A stretch of DNA of 64,000 bases, from positions 203,587 to 267,586 of the forward strand of contig CAZNEE010000001.1 in assembly GCA_964572255.1 (NCBI GenBank), read 5' to 3'. Below the pieces are notes generated by a model, which saw only the letters and a program-made list of their open reading frames with translations, was not told the DNA's origin and did no database searches. This document shows positions 1 to 10,267 of this stretch, in pieces. Source of the DNA: an uncultured Planctomycetia bacterium. Lineage in GTDB: Bacteria; Omnitrophota; Gorgyraeia; Tantalellales; Tantalellaceae. A program made the position numbers and the translations under genes. The stretch's first letter is position 1. Each line of letters begins with the position of its first letter.

Positions 1-8
1 ATTTTGCG

Positions 9-818
9 ATGTGTTTCATCTTTTCAATAGTCGCGTTTATCACGCTTAGCGCATTACTTGTTTTTATTTCAAGGAAAAAGATGTGGCAAAAAAGCGATAT
101 ATACGATGATTATGAGAAGTACATTTTTTATGATTTTAAACCCGGAGACAGGCCTCTTAAAACCGAAAACCTGGCCGAAATTGTTGAATCAGAGCTTGAA
201 ATAAGTCCGCTTGTCGATGTATTGGCGGAAGAAGATGTAAGGCTAAGGCGCGGCGCTATCAATATCATGAACAGACTTCCCAGAAAAGACGCCGTTAAGC
301 TCTTGATGACCTCTCTTAAGGACAGGAGTGTTGAGAACCGTTTTTATGCCGCTTCTGAATTATCAAGGATCGAGACCGAGCTCAATGACAATATCGTGCT
401 TGCTAAAAAAGATGTAGAGAGAACTCCTGAATCATCCGCTGCCCACTTATCACTTGCGAACAGTTATTCCGAATATTATGAGTGCGGCATACTTGATGAA
501 ATTACTGCTGGGTATTATCTTGATCTGGCTCTCGAAGAATACTATAAAGTGCTGGCCATGGACGGTGAAGACATAAAAGTTCTTAATTATCTGGCCAATC
601 TTGAGATCCATAAAAAAGAGTACGACAAAGCGCTGGCCAAATTCAAAAGGGTATGCGAGATGGATCCTGACAATGTTTATGCGAATGTCGGGATTATACA
701 GATCTTTTACGAAACCGGAGATATCGAAAAAGCGATAGAATATTCCAGAAGCATCATAAGCAAGATGCCTGAGACAAAAGGGCCGATTAGAGAGATAATA
801 GCTTACTGGGCATCGTAA
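9..818 (+). CDS. Membrane-anchored TPR/HEAT-like helical-repeat protein (PelE-like?), possibly N-terminally truncated by window edge
   Basis: ORF track. N-terminal hydrophobic helix (FIFSIVAFITLSALLVFI) is followed by TPR-like repeats (YYKVLAMDGEDIKVLNYLANLEIHKKEYDKALAKFKRVCEMDPDNVYA). Only 8 nt lie upstream, so the start cannot be verified. Confidence 0.5.
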   Translation: MCFIFSIVAFITLSALLVFISRKKMWQKSDIYDDYEKYIFYDFKPGDRPLKTENLAEIVESELEISPLVDVLAEEDVRLRRGAINIMNRLPRKDAVKLLMTSLKDRSVENRFYAASELSRIETELNDNIVLAKKDVERTPESSAAHLSLANSYSEYYECGILDEITAGYYLDLALEEYYKVLAMDGEDIKVLNYLANLEIHKKEYDKALAKFKRVCEMDPDNVYANVGIIQIFYETGDIEKAIEYSRSIISKMPETKGPIREIIAYWAS

Positions 819-855
819 ATATTAGGCGGGAAAAGGGAATAAGAAGGAAAAAGAG

Positions 856-2202
856 ATGGCAAATGTACAGCAAGTAAAAAGGATAATAGAAGATCTCAAA
901 AATCCAAGAGCGTATTTCCGAAGCAAGGCTATAGAGAACTTGATGGCCATAACCGATGCTTCGCTCATTCCTGAGATGTCAAGACTTTTTTCTAAAGAGC
1001 CTGACTTTGTTAAGATACAATTCTGCAGGTTTTTAGGCAGGATCAGAGGCGAGCTTGCCGTTCCTCCTTTAGTGATACTTCTCTTGGATAAGAGCGAAAA
1101 GATCGCACAGGAAGCGGCAAATGCTCTTGACAGAATAGATAACGACAGAAAAACGGAAGCCATGATGCTTATTTTGAAGAGAGGCAACCATTTTTCTAAA
1201 ATTTATGCAATAAAAGCACTGGGGCAAGGGCGAAAAATTAAAGCTGTACCCGTCTTGATAAAATTACTTCCAAGCGGAGGGCCGGATATCAAAGAAGCTG
1301 CGGTAGAAGCTTTGAGATTGATAGGCGATCCTTCAGCTATCGGTCCGCTTCTCAAGCTATTGGATGAGAAGAACGAACGCGTGATTTATAATCTGCTTTT
1401 TGCCCTGGGAGAAATGGGAGAGCAAAAGGCAGCTCCCGATATAATGAAATTTCTCTCACACCACGACCAATATATAAGAAAAGCCGCAGTATGGGCGCTC
1501 GGTAAGCTTGGATATCGAAAAGCTATCCCCAAATTAATACAAATACTTAGGTATGACGAGAGCGAGATAGTAAGAGAAGAGGCCGCCAAAAGGCTCGGAC
1601 AGATCGGACGTGCGGAAGTTGTAAAACCTTTACTGTATTCCAAAGTTTTTGATAAGGCTCATAACGTTATGGTTTACTCCGATTGGGCGCTATCTGATAT
1701 GTCCGCTGAAAATAAAGTGGGGACATTGCTTAAACTGACCGATGAAAAAGATGAGACATTGAGGGGACAAGCGTTTTTAGAGATAGCCAAAATAAGCAAT
1801 ATTAAGTTCCTTAAATTCTTAAGGATAGCTTTGAGCGAGGATAAAAGTGAATATACGAGGACTTGTATAGCGGAAGGCCTGGGATTCATGAATATCCCTG
1901 AAGTTAAAAATATTCTTAAAAATTTACTAAAAGATACAACGCCTGTTCGAAGAAAAGCGGCTGATTCGCTTTTGCGTGTTGCCACATCTGAAGATAGCGA
2001 ATTGGCTGCAAATATGGTTCAGGGAGCACTTTGTGATGACTCGTATATAAGAGAAATAGGCATAAAAATAATAGAAAAGATCTACAGGGATTCTTTTGTC
2101 CCGGAAGACATAATGGAGCTTTTAAAAGGTTTAGTCGCGGGACAGGACGAGGCAATAAAAAAAGCGGCTGAAGAAGCTATCAGCAAGCTTAATGTTAAAT
2201 AG
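856..2202 (+). CDS. HEAT (PBS-lyase type) repeat protein
   Basis: Repeated units AIKALGQ..AVPVLIKLL / AAVEALRLIGDPSAIGPLLKLL / AAVWALGKLG / EEAAKRLGQIG. AGAAGG-like RBS sits before the ATG. Confidence 0.7.
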   Translation: MANVQQVKRIIEDLKNPRAYFRSKAIENLMAITDASLIPEMSRLFSKEPDFVKIQFCRFLGRIRGELAVPPLVILLLDKSEKIAQEAANALDRIDNDRKTEAMMLILKRGNHFSKIYAIKALGQGRKIKAVPVLIKLLPSGGPDIKEAAVEALRLIGDPSAIGPLLKLLDEKNERVIYNLLFALGEMGEQKAAPDIMKFLSHHDQYIRKAAVWALGKLGYRKAIPKLIQILRYDESEIVREEAAKRLGQIGRAEVVKPLLYSKVFDKAHNVMVYSDWALSDMSAENKVGTLLKLTDEKDETLRGQAFLEIAKISNIKFLKFLRIALSEDKSEYTRTCIAEGLGFMNIPEVKNILKNLLKDTTPVRRKAADSLLRVATSEDSELAANMVQGALCDDSYIREIGIKIIEKIYRDSFVPEDIMELLKGLVAGQDEAIKKAAEEAISKLNVK

Positions 2203-2223
2203 GCAGAGGTTTATAATCAGATC

Positions 2224-3696
2224 ATGAAAACAGATGTCTGTTTTATTCTAGAAGGAACATATCCATATGTATATGGAGGTGTGTCAAATTGGATCCACAA
2301 CCTTGTGACTTCACTGGGCGATCTTAAGTTCTCCATAATACATGTTTCTGCAACCGGTGATACCATAAGAACGCCCAAGTATGAGATCCCGGATAATATA
2401 GTGGAATTCAAGGAGATCTTTGTACATGATTATAAGATCGAAAAGGGTAGGACCAGGGGCAGCAAGAGAGAAGGCTGGAGAGCTATACGTGAGTTTTATG
2501 ACGCTTTGGGAAGTAACGATCTATCAAAATTCACAGATGTCTATAAGCAGGTTATTGATAAAAATACGCGCTCACTGAATGCGTATGACCTGATGAATTC
2601 TGATCAGGCATGGAAAATGATGACCAGGCTTTACCAGGATTATGCGCCGGATGTGTCGTTTGTGGATTTTTATTGGACAATTAAATTTATACATAGCCCT
2701 CTTCTGAACTTGGTCGATGTTGAGATCCCAGAGGCAAATGTATTTCACACGGTTTGTACCGGCTATGCGGGATTGTTGTCTGTTATCGCGAAAATGAAGA
2801 GGCAGAAGCCGCTTTTATTGACAGAGCACGGTATATATACCCATGAAAGGAAGATAGAGATCTCAAAGGCCAAGTGGATCCATTCGGAGGAAGACAAGAT
2901 AATGAGAGCCACGAGAACACTGGGGTTTTTCAAGGAAGCCTGGATCAAGAAGTTCGAAACTTTAAGCAAACTTACATATGATTATGCTGATAAAATCGTT
3001 ACCTTATTTGAAGGCAATAGAAAAATGCAGATAGAGGGGGGAGCTGATCCGTCGAAGATATCTATTATACCGAACGGCGTTGATGTCTTGGAAGAGCAGC
3101 TGACCTTACATAGGGAAAAGGAAACAACAAAGAATATAGGATTTATCGGCCGTGTTGTCTCGATCAAGGACGTAAAAATATTTATAAGGGCAATGAAAAT
3201 ACTCAAAGAGAGGATGAAAGATATAAAGGTCTTTATACTTGGTTCAGGAGACGAAGAACCGGAATATTTTAACGAATGTAAAACTCTTACCCAGATGCTT
3301 CAACTTGAGGATAATATCACTTTTACAGGAAATGTTAATGTTGAGGATTATTATCCCATGCTGGATGCTGTTGTTCTTACGAGTATAAGTGAAGGGCAGC
3401 CTCTTACTATTCTGGAAGCCATGAGTTACGGTATACCGATAGTAGCTTCCGATGTCGGTGCATGCAGGGAACTTATTTACGGGAAAGATGAAGATGATAG
3501 AAATCTTGGGGAGGCCGGCATCTTGACGAATATAGGCAGCCCCCATGAAACGGCCGGCGCTATAATGTCTATTTTGCAGAACAAGGACTTATATCAAAAA
3601 ATGTCAGAGACTGGTGTTACGAGAATAAAAAAATATTACAGAAAAGAAAACACGATAAATTCGTACAGAGAGCTCTATGAATCATTGTTACGATAG
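2224..3696 (+). CDS. pelF: GT4-family glycosyltransferase with N-terminal DUF3492-like domain (PelF-like)
   Basis: N-terminus MKTDVCFILEGTYPYVYGGVSNW is typical of DUF3492. C-terminal GT1 motifs are EGQPLTILEAMSYGIPIVASDVG. It is followed by a PelG-like gene. Confidence 0.55.
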   Translation: MKTDVCFILEGTYPYVYGGVSNWIHNLVTSLGDLKFSIIHVSATGDTIRTPKYEIPDNIVEFKEIFVHDYKIEKGRTRGSKREGWRAIREFYDALGSNDLSKFTDVYKQVIDKNTRSLNAYDLMNSDQAWKMMTRLYQDYAPDVSFVDFYWTIKFIHSPLLNLVDVEIPEANVFHTVCTGYAGLLSVIAKMKRQKPLLLTEHGIYTHERKIEISKAKWIHSEEDKIMRATRTLGFFKEAWIKKFETLSKLTYDYADKIVTLFEGNRKMQIEGGADPSKISIIPNGVDVLEEQLTLHREKETTKNIGFIGRVVSIKDVKIFIRAMKILKERMKDIKVFILGSGDEEPEYFNECKTLTQMLQLEDNITFTGNVNVEDYYPMLDAVVLTSISEGQPLTILEAMSYGIPIVASDVGACRELIYGKDEDDRNLGEAGILTNIGSPHETAGAIMSILQNKDLYQKMSETGVTRIKKYYRKENTINSYRELYESLLR

Positions 3697-3744
3697 CAAG
3701 GTGATGCATCACGGTATAAAATCCAGAAAAAGTACGGAGAGGTA

Positions 3745-5151
3745 ATGGCAGGAATAGGTTTTGAACTAAAAAAAATGATGGATGAAGATACGTTCTCCAG
3801 TAACTTCAAGGCGTATCTGGTTGCCGGAATAATTTCCGCGGGACCCTGGGCGATCTCTATTTTTTGCCTGGGACTCTTATGGATGTTTTCCATTCCGCAT
3901 TTAGGTCTAGCATCACAGAAACTTTTCCGTACAACGGTGATCTATACCTATGCGTATTCTTTGATCACAACAGGCGCTATCCAGCTTGTTGTAACGCGTT
4001 TTCTTGCTGACAGGCTGTTCTTGAGGCAGAAGAATATCTTTCTTCCCACTTATGCCGGACTGATGCTATTCACGATAGTTTTTCAAGGGGCAACCGCGTT
4101 AATATTTTACTCGTTTTCCGATATAGATGTTAACTATAAGATCATAGGGGTGATCCTGTATATTGCGGTAAGCTGTATATGGCAGACGATGATCTTCCTT
4201 AGCGCGGCCAGGGATTTTTGGGGCATAGTAAGCGCGTTTTTCTGGGGGTCTTTTACGAGTTTTGTCATGGCCATATTTTTAGGCAAGCATTTCGGTTTTA
4301 ACGGCCATCTTCTGGGTTTTACAATAGGACAATCGCTTATCGTCATACTTTTGATGTACAGGATATTTTGCGAATTTGATTCTCCCTTGATATGTAATTT
4401 TCAATTTTTAAGAGAGGTCCCCAGATATTTTTCACTTTTACTCCTGGGCATATTTTATTACCTTGCGATCTGGATCGACAAGATAATTTACTGGTATTCC
4501 GCCTCCGGAGAACATATCGGGCCGCTTTTTTACTCACATTATCCTTATGACAGCTGCATGTTTCTGGCCTTTCTTACCATAATTCCCGCTCTTGCGCATT
4601 TCATGATAGATATGGAAACATCCTTTTATGACAAATACAAGGGGTTTTACGGCGCGATAGTCAACAAGGGATCCTTATTGGAAATAAGGAAAAAGAAAGC
4701 CGAAATAACCAAAGTTATCCGTGAATCCGCGGCACGGCTGTTAGTTCTGCAGACCCTTATTACGGGAGTATTTGTATTTTTTGCTCCGTCATTTATAGAA
4801 GCGATCGGTTTAAGGGAAGAACATATACCGGTGCTTAGAGCGGCAGGCATAGGAGCATTTTTTCATGTGTTCTTGCTCGTAACACTGATCATTATTCTCT
4901 ATTTTGACCGTAAACGCGCGGCTGTCTTTGTCGGGCTTTCGTTTTTGGTAACAAATGCTTTATTCACTTTGGGGATTATAAAATATGCTCCGGAATACAT
5001 GGGGTGGGGTTATGCTTCGGCAGCATTTTTTTCCTTCCTATTGGCGTTTATTTTATCATTATGGAATACTACTAATATCGAACGTTTGACGTTTGTCGAA
5101 CAGCCGATAGAGACTCCAAAGCTCCCCAGAGAAGCTTCAGAAAGTGAATGA
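3745..5151 (+). CDS. pelG: PelG-like polysaccharide exporter (PST/MATE-like 12-TM membrane protein)
   Basis: 468 aa polytopic membrane protein. N-terminus MAGIGFELKKMM resembles PelG N-termini (from memory, not searched). It lies directly after the PelF-like gene. Confidence 0.55.
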   Translation: MAGIGFELKKMMDEDTFSSNFKAYLVAGIISAGPWAISIFCLGLLWMFSIPHLGLASQKLFRTTVIYTYAYSLITTGAIQLVVTRFLADRLFLRQKNIFLPTYAGLMLFTIVFQGATALIFYSFSDIDVNYKIIGVILYIAVSCIWQTMIFLSAARDFWGIVSAFFWGSFTSFVMAIFLGKHFGFNGHLLGFTIGQSLIVILLMYRIFCEFDSPLICNFQFLREVPRYFSLLLLGIFYYLAIWIDKIIYWYSASGEHIGPLFYSHYPYDSCMFLAFLTIIPALAHFMIDMETSFYDKYKGFYGAIVNKGSLLEIRKKKAEITKVIRESAARLLVLQTLITGVFVFFAPSFIEAIGLREEHIPVLRAAGIGAFFHVFLLVTLIIILYFDRKRAAVFVGLSFLVTNALFTLGIIKYAPEYMGWGYASAAFFSFLLAFILSLWNTTNIERLTFVEQPIETPKLPREASESE

Positions 5152-5212
5152 TAAACATAATTCGCATACTGCCTTCAAAAACATTTTTATCTGATCTTAA
5201 TGATTCATTTTA

Positions 5213-5243
5213 TTGTGGAAATTTAAGTAAAATCTGTTATAAT
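5213..5243 (+). promoter_or_regulatory. Candidate sigma70 promoter (TTGTGG -35, extended -10 TGtTATAAT) for the REC-GGDEF gene
   Basis: TTGTGG at 5213-5218 and TGtTATAAT at 5235-5243. Spacer is 19 nt. An AAAGAGG RBS follows. Confidence 0.35.
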
Positions 5244-5262
5244 AATAAAGAGGTAGTTTTCG

Positions 5263-6126
5263 ATGAATAAAGGAAAAATCCTTATAGCGGACGATGAGTT
5301 AAATCTTGTTGATATCTTGGAAAAGATGTTAATGAGAGAAGGTTATGAAGTCTTTAAATCTTCGAACGGCGAGGAAGTGCTTGAAATAGTAGATGATCTC
5401 ATGCCGGATCTTATCCTTCTGGATATTAACATGCCTGTCAAGAACGGTTTCGAGGTAAAAACAAAACTTAATGAAAAAACATCCACAGCAAGCATCCCGG
5501 TAATATTCCTCACCGGCAGGGGCGATCTGTCCGATAGAGTGGAAGGCCTTAATTTAGGGGTTGATGATTATATAACTAAACCTTTCCAATTGGAAGAACT
5601 GCGCGCAAGAGTTCTTTCTGTTCTGAAGCGCAGGAAGTTTTATGAAGAGATATCCATGACCGACGGGCTTACCGGATTACGCAACGTGAATTTTTTCAAT
5701 GAACAGATCGGCATATTTTTCAGTTTAGCCAAAAGATATAACCGCCTGTTCTCGCTTGCCGTGATCGATGTAAATGATTTCAAGAAGATCAACGATACGC
5801 ACGGGCATTCAGGGGGAGACTTCGCTTTAAGGAAATTATCGGAAGTCATGAAAGAGACGTTCAGAAAATCTGATATCATTACCAGATACGGCGGCGATGA
5901 ATTTATTGTGATCCTTCCTGAGGTAGATCAAAATCAAGCAGAAAGAGCGCTGAAAAGGGTAAAGGATAAGGTGAACGGCAAAGAGTTCCTGATGGAAGAC
6001 ACCGAAAAAAGAATATCCTTTTCAATAAGCGCAGGCACGGCCTCCTTTAATGAAAAATTCGAGAACGAAACACAGCTTTTCGACGAAGCCGATGCCAACA
6101 TGTATAAGGATAAAGAGAATAAATAA
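5263..6126 (+). CDS. Response-regulator receiver + GGDEF diguanylate cyclase (PleD/WspR-like)
   Basis: N-terminal REC domain (ILIADDE ... LILLDINMP ... ITKPF). C-terminal domain carries an intact RYGGDEF motif. Confidence 0.8.
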   Translation: MNKGKILIADDELNLVDILEKMLMREGYEVFKSSNGEEVLEIVDDLMPDLILLDINMPVKNGFEVKTKLNEKTSTASIPVIFLTGRGDLSDRVEGLNLGVDDYITKPFQLEELRARVLSVLKRRKFYEEISMTDGLTGLRNVNFFNEQIGIFFSLAKRYNRLFSLAVIDVNDFKKINDTHGHSGGDFALRKLSEVMKETFRKSDIITRYGGDEFIVILPEVDQNQAERALKRVKDKVNGKEFLMEDTEKRISFSISAGTASFNEKFENETQLFDEADANMYKDKENK

Positions 6127-6194
6127 TCCTGCCCAATATTGTCTTTTCACACATATCATTCTGCAAATATTATAAATTCCGTTCGAATTTGAAA

Positions 6195-6275
6195 TTAAGA
6201 GTACAGTATGCTTCCTACCAGGGCCCCTCCGCCCGGTGTGGATCCTCCCTGTACGGAACCATACTGCACTCTTAG
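6195..6275 (+). other. GC-rich imperfect long hairpin (candidate structured RNA / terminator-like element)
   Basis: 14-bp outer stem AAGAGTACAGTATG (6197-6210) pairs with CATACTGCACTCTT (6260-6273) with one A.C mismatch. The enclosed core is GC-rich (CCAGGGCCCCTCCGCCCGGTGTGGATCCTCCCTG) in an otherwise AT-rich spacer. There is no U-tail. Confidence 0.3.
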
Positions 6276-6342
6276 TTATTGATCCATAACTTTAATTGTA
6301 TCTATAATCCTCTTATGTTAGAATACACAAAAAGTCGAGGTC

Positions 6343-7335
6343 ATGATGATGTACGCCGGGACATTAATACTGTCCAGAAAAACAATAGAACATATAATTG
6401 ATATAAGTGAAGCGGTCAAGGCCGTGGAGAGCGCTTTCAGGGAATATGGACTGGGCAGGGTGCAGATGCCGGCAAAGATATATCTCCACCTTGATAAATA
6501 TGAGGGCGATTTCAGGGCGATGCCGGCATATATAGAAAAATTGGACAAGTGTGTCCTTAAATGGGTAAATGTCCATCCAAAGAATAAGAAATTCGGATTG
6601 CCCGCAGTAATGGCTGTTATTATTTTAAGCGATCCAAAGACCGCACTGCCTTTATGCATCATGGACGGGACTTACGCGACAAATCTGCGCACCGGGGCGG
6701 CTGGGGGCGTGGCCGCTAAATATCTGGCAAGGAAAAATTCAAAAATAGTCGGATTAGTGGGATGCGGAGCCCAGGCGAAGACCCAGCTCCAGGCCTTAAG
6801 AGGACTCTTCAAAATAAAAGAAGTAAAAGTATGGGGCCATAAGGCGTCTTATGTTGAAGAGTTCTTAAAAGACATGAAAAAGACAAATCTGAAACTGACT
6901 GTCGCCAGGGATGTAAAAGAATGTGTTAAGAATTGCGATATAATCGTTACTACAACACCTTCCAGAAAACCGATCGTGAAAGCAAAATGGCTTAAAAAGG
7001 GCGTTCATATAAATGCGATCGGAGCCGATGCTAAAGGCAAACAGGAGCTTGAACCCGCTGTTTTAAAGAAGGCTAAAGTCGTTGTGGATGCATGGGAACA
7101 AGCCTCTCATAGCGGGGAGATAAACGTACCGGTGAGAAAAAAACTCATAACAAGGAAAGATATTCATGCTGATATCGGCCAGATCATTGCGGGAAAGAAA
7201 AAAGGGAGGACAGGCGAGGACGAGATAACGGTTTTTGATTCGACCGGCCTGGCCATACAGGATGTGGCTGTGGCCGATCTTATTTACAGGACAGCTGCTA
7301 AAAAGAAAATAGGCAAGAAAATCAAAATAATCTAA
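6343..7335 (+). CDS. Ornithine cyclodeaminase / mu-crystallin family enzyme (possibly archaeal-type alanine dehydrogenase)
   Basis: OCD/mu-crystallin-like sequence with Rossmann segment [15 protein letters not shown]. It has an unusual Lys-rich C-terminal tail [11 protein letters not shown]. Confidence 0.7.
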   Translation: MMMYAGTLILSRKTIEHIIDISEAVKAVESAFREYGLGRVQMPAKIYLHLDKYEGDFRAMPAYIEKLDKCVLKWVNVHPKNKKFGLPAVMAVIILSDPKTALPLCIMDGTYATNLRTGAAGGVAAKYLARKNSKIVGLVGCGAQAKTQLQALRGLFKIKEVKVWGHKASYVEEFLKDMKKTNLKLTVARDVKECVKNCDIIVTTTPSRKPIVKAKWLKKGVHINAIGADAKGKQELEPAVLKKAKVVVDAWEQASHSGEINVPVRKKLITRKDIHADIGQIIAGKKKGRTGEDEITVFDSTGLAIQDVAVADLIYRTAAKKKIGKKIKII

Positions 7336-7383
7336 AAGATAAAAATGGGGACAACAATTATCTCTATTTTTTAAGATAAAGAC

Positions 7384-8787
7384 ATGAAAAGGTTCCGTAA
7401 GATCAATAGCGGTATAACTGAAGGTGGGTTGAAGTCTTCACTTTGGAGATTGGCTATGCCTATGATCGTGGGAGCCATCCTGCACGATTTATTCACATTA
7501 GCGGATCTCTTTTTTGTGGGCCGTTTAGGGTACTTAGCGGTGGCGGCTTTATCTATTTCCGGTGTTATTATCGCAATGATAATAATGGTGGCGATAGGTA
7601 TATCCGTGGGAACAACAGCTTTAATAGCTCATTTTATGGGAAAGAAAGATTATGAATCGGCGGATAATGTTCTTTTTCAGACTGTTATCGTTAGCGTTAT
7701 TTGCTCTTTGGGGATGGTCCTTATAGGTCTCTTTGGTACAACCGGGCTGCTTCGCATGTTCGGCGCCAGCCCTGAGATCATCCCTGCCGCATCTGAATAT
7801 TTGAAAATAAGTTTTATCTGGTCTATTTTTATATTTCTTTTTATCGGTTTTGACCAGGCCTTGAGAGGTTCCGGAGACGCCATTGTCCCCCTGAAAGTTC
7901 TTATTCTGGCCAATGTGCTTAATATTGCTCTCGATCCATTGCTTATTTTCGGCTTAGGATTTTTCCCGAGAATGGGAGTTGCCGGATCTGCAGCAGCCAC
8001 TGTTATTAGCCGACTGATCGGAGTAATTGTTCTTTTCAGACATTTTTTCTATGGACATTCAAGCTTGCATTTTCATAAACGTATTTTAAGGGTCAATTTT
8101 CCGATTATAGGCAGAATGGTTAAGATCGGGTTTTTTGCTTCTTTGGAAGTACTGTTACGCCAATTGTCACTTCTTATGCTTCTTCGTCTTGTTACATCTT
8201 TCGGAGCGGCATGTTTGGCTGCCTTTGGTATAGCTATCCGGCTCAGAATGGCTGTTATGATGCTCGGATTTGGGATGGGATCTGCCTCATCGGTGTTAAT
8301 CGGACAGAATATGGGCGCAAGTCACCCCGATAGGGCTATGCAATCCGGGAAAGAGGCGTTAAAATATTATGAGTTGATCGTTATACCGATAGCGGTGGCA
8401 TTTTTTATTTTTTCACCAAATTTGATAAAGGTTTTCAGCAGTTATCCCGATGTTGTCAGGATAGGAAGCAGTTTCCTGAGGTTTATTGCTGTTACGCTTC
8501 CGTTTTTAGCTTTAGCTCTTATCCTGGGCAGAGGTATATCCGGGGCGGGTGATACGATCGCTCCGGCAGCGATGACAGGTATTGTGCAGTTGGGGTTACG
8601 TATTCCGGTTGCTTATCTGTTGGCCCTTGTTTTTAGTCTAGGTACTAATGGCATATGGCTCGGGATCAATGCCTCGGATGTTTGTCAAGGGTTAGCGATG
8701 TTATGGTATTTCAGACAGGGGTATTGGCAGAAAAGATATCATAAACATCGCTCTATTTTGGAGCAGGAGACTTTAATTGTTGCTTAA
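7384..8787 (+). CDS. MATE-family efflux transporter
   Basis: 467 aa, 12 predicted TM helices. N-terminus LAMPMIVGAILHDLFTLADLFFVGRLG is typical of MATE/NorM. Confidence 0.8.
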   Translation: MKRFRKINSGITEGGLKSSLWRLAMPMIVGAILHDLFTLADLFFVGRLGYLAVAALSISGVIIAMIIMVAIGISVGTTALIAHFMGKKDYESADNVLFQTVIVSVICSLGMVLIGLFGTTGLLRMFGASPEIIPAASEYLKISFIWSIFIFLFIGFDQALRGSGDAIVPLKVLILANVLNIALDPLLIFGLGFFPRMGVAGSAAATVISRLIGVIVLFRHFFYGHSSLHFHKRILRVNFPIIGRMVKIGFFASLEVLLRQLSLLMLLRLVTSFGAACLAAFGIAIRLRMAVMMLGFGMGSASSVLIGQNMGASHPDRAMQSGKEALKYYELIVIPIAVAFFIFSPNLIKVFSSYPDVVRIGSSFLRFIAVTLPFLALALILGRGISGAGDTIAPAAMTGIVQLGLRIPVAYLLALVFSLGTNGIWLGINASDVCQGLAMLWYFRQGYWQKRYHKHRSILEQETLIVA

Positions 8788-8905
8788 TGGAAAACAATAG
8801 GAAATATATTAATTATCAGGGGAAATCGAGTAAAGGAACAGCAGATGTAAGATCGAATTTTAATATATATGGCGGAAACAGATATTTTGTTTAAGGAGGA
8901 GTATT

Positions 8906-10252
8906 GTGGAAAATAGAACAGATATTTTGATAATTGGGGCAGGGCCAGCAGGCATGGTTAGCGCCGTGACAGCACGGAAATATTATCCTGATAAAAAGAT
9001 TACAGTCTTGAAAAGCATAGAGAACGGTGTGATACCGTGTGGCATACCCTATATGTTTTCAAGTTTACAGGACCCCGATGACAATAAATTGGGCACGGCG
9101 CCTTTGGAAAAGCTCGGCATTGAGATCATATTTGACGAAGCGGTCGCAATAGACAGGACCCTTAAGATGGTCGAAGGGCGGTCAGGGGATAAATATTCTT
9201 ACGAAAAGATAGTTCTGGCGCTGGGGTCTAATCCGATTGTGCCCGGGATACCGGGTATAGAGAAGAAAGGGATTTTCTCCGCTTATAAGGATATGGAATA
9301 CCTTAAGCCCTCTATAGAGGAAATAAAGAATGGGAAAGATATTCTAATACTCGGCGGCGGTTTTATAGGCGTGGAGTTCGCCGATGAAATCTCTAAAATC
9401 CCGGGGATTAAAGTCCACTTGGTTGAATTGCTACCGCATCTTTTAGCGCATTCTTTTGACAAGGAATTTTCCGATTTAGTTGAAGAAAGATTAAGATCAA
9501 AAGGCGTTGATATTCTGCTGAATAAGCGCGTTATGGAATTTCTGGGAAAAGAAAGAGTTGAGGCGGTCCGTTTTGAAAACGGTGACAAGCTTAAGGCTGA
9601 CAGCGTTGTCTTGGGGATAGGCACTGTGCCGAGCACGGACCTAGCCAGGGATGCTGGATTGGATCTCGGTAAGGGGAAAGGCATATGGGTGGATGAGTAC
9701 ATGCGGACGGTCGATTCCGACATTTTCGCGGTGGGCGACTGCGCCGGTAAAAGGGATTTTTATACCCGTAAGGACGCGCCTGTCATGCTTGCCTCAACCG
9801 CGACCGCCGAGGCCAGAATAGCGGGGGCGAATCTCTATCAGCTTAAGGTGATAAGGGAGAATAAAGGCACGATTGCCATATATTCAACTTATGTAGACGG
9901 TCTGGCCCTGGGGTCGGCCGGTCTTACCGAAAACAGCGCGAAAAGAGAAGGTTTTGAGATAATAACGGGAAGCACCGAGGGCGTCGACAAGCATCCCAAA
10001 AATCTGCCCGGTGTAAATAAGGTAAAGGTTAAATTGATCTTTTCCAAGCAGTCGGGGATACTTATGGGCGGCCAGGCGGCCGGCGGTATTTCGGCCGGAG
10101 AGACCATAAACGTTATAGGTCTTGCTATCCAGCAGAGGATATCAGTTACCGAACTTGAGACGCTGCAGATGGCCACGCATCCTTATTTAACAAGCGCGCC
10201 CACCATGTATCCGATAGTCTTGGCGGCGCAGGACGCGTCCGGAAAGATGTAA
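8906..10252 (+). CDS. FAD-dependent pyridine-nucleotide-disulfide oxidoreductase (NADH oxidase / CoA-disulfide reductase family)
   Basis: GAGPAG FAD motif. Single redox Cys in the IPCGIPYMF context typical of Nox/Npx/CoADR. Second Rossmann GGGFIGVEFA. Confidence 0.8.
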   Translation: MENRTDILIIGAGPAGMVSAVTARKYYPDKKITVLKSIENGVIPCGIPYMFSSLQDPDDNKLGTAPLEKLGIEIIFDEAVAIDRTLKMVEGRSGDKYSYEKIVLALGSNPIVPGIPGIEKKGIFSAYKDMEYLKPSIEEIKNGKDILILGGGFIGVEFADEISKIPGIKVHLVELLPHLLAHSFDKEFSDLVEERLRSKGVDILLNKRVMEFLGKERVEAVRFENGDKLKADSVVLGIGTVPSTDLARDAGLDLGKGKGIWVDEYMRTVDSDIFAVGDCAGKRDFYTRKDAPVMLASTATAEARIAGANLYQLKVIRENKGTIAIYSTYVDGLALGSAGLTENSAKREGFEIITGSTEGVDKHPKNLPGVNKVKVKLIFSKQSGILMGGQAAGGISAGETINVIGLAIQQRISVTELETLQMATHPYLTSAPTMYPIVLAAQDASGKM

Positions 10253-10267
10253 CTAGGAGGTAATAAC

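Noticed and set aside
6195-6275. Possible SRP (4.5S) RNA or other named ncRNA in the GC-rich hairpin
   Set aside because: Neither strand contains the SRP domain-IV GGAAGCAG-type motif or the tetraloop context. It is too short for 6S, tmRNA or RNase P. Kept only as an unclassified structured element
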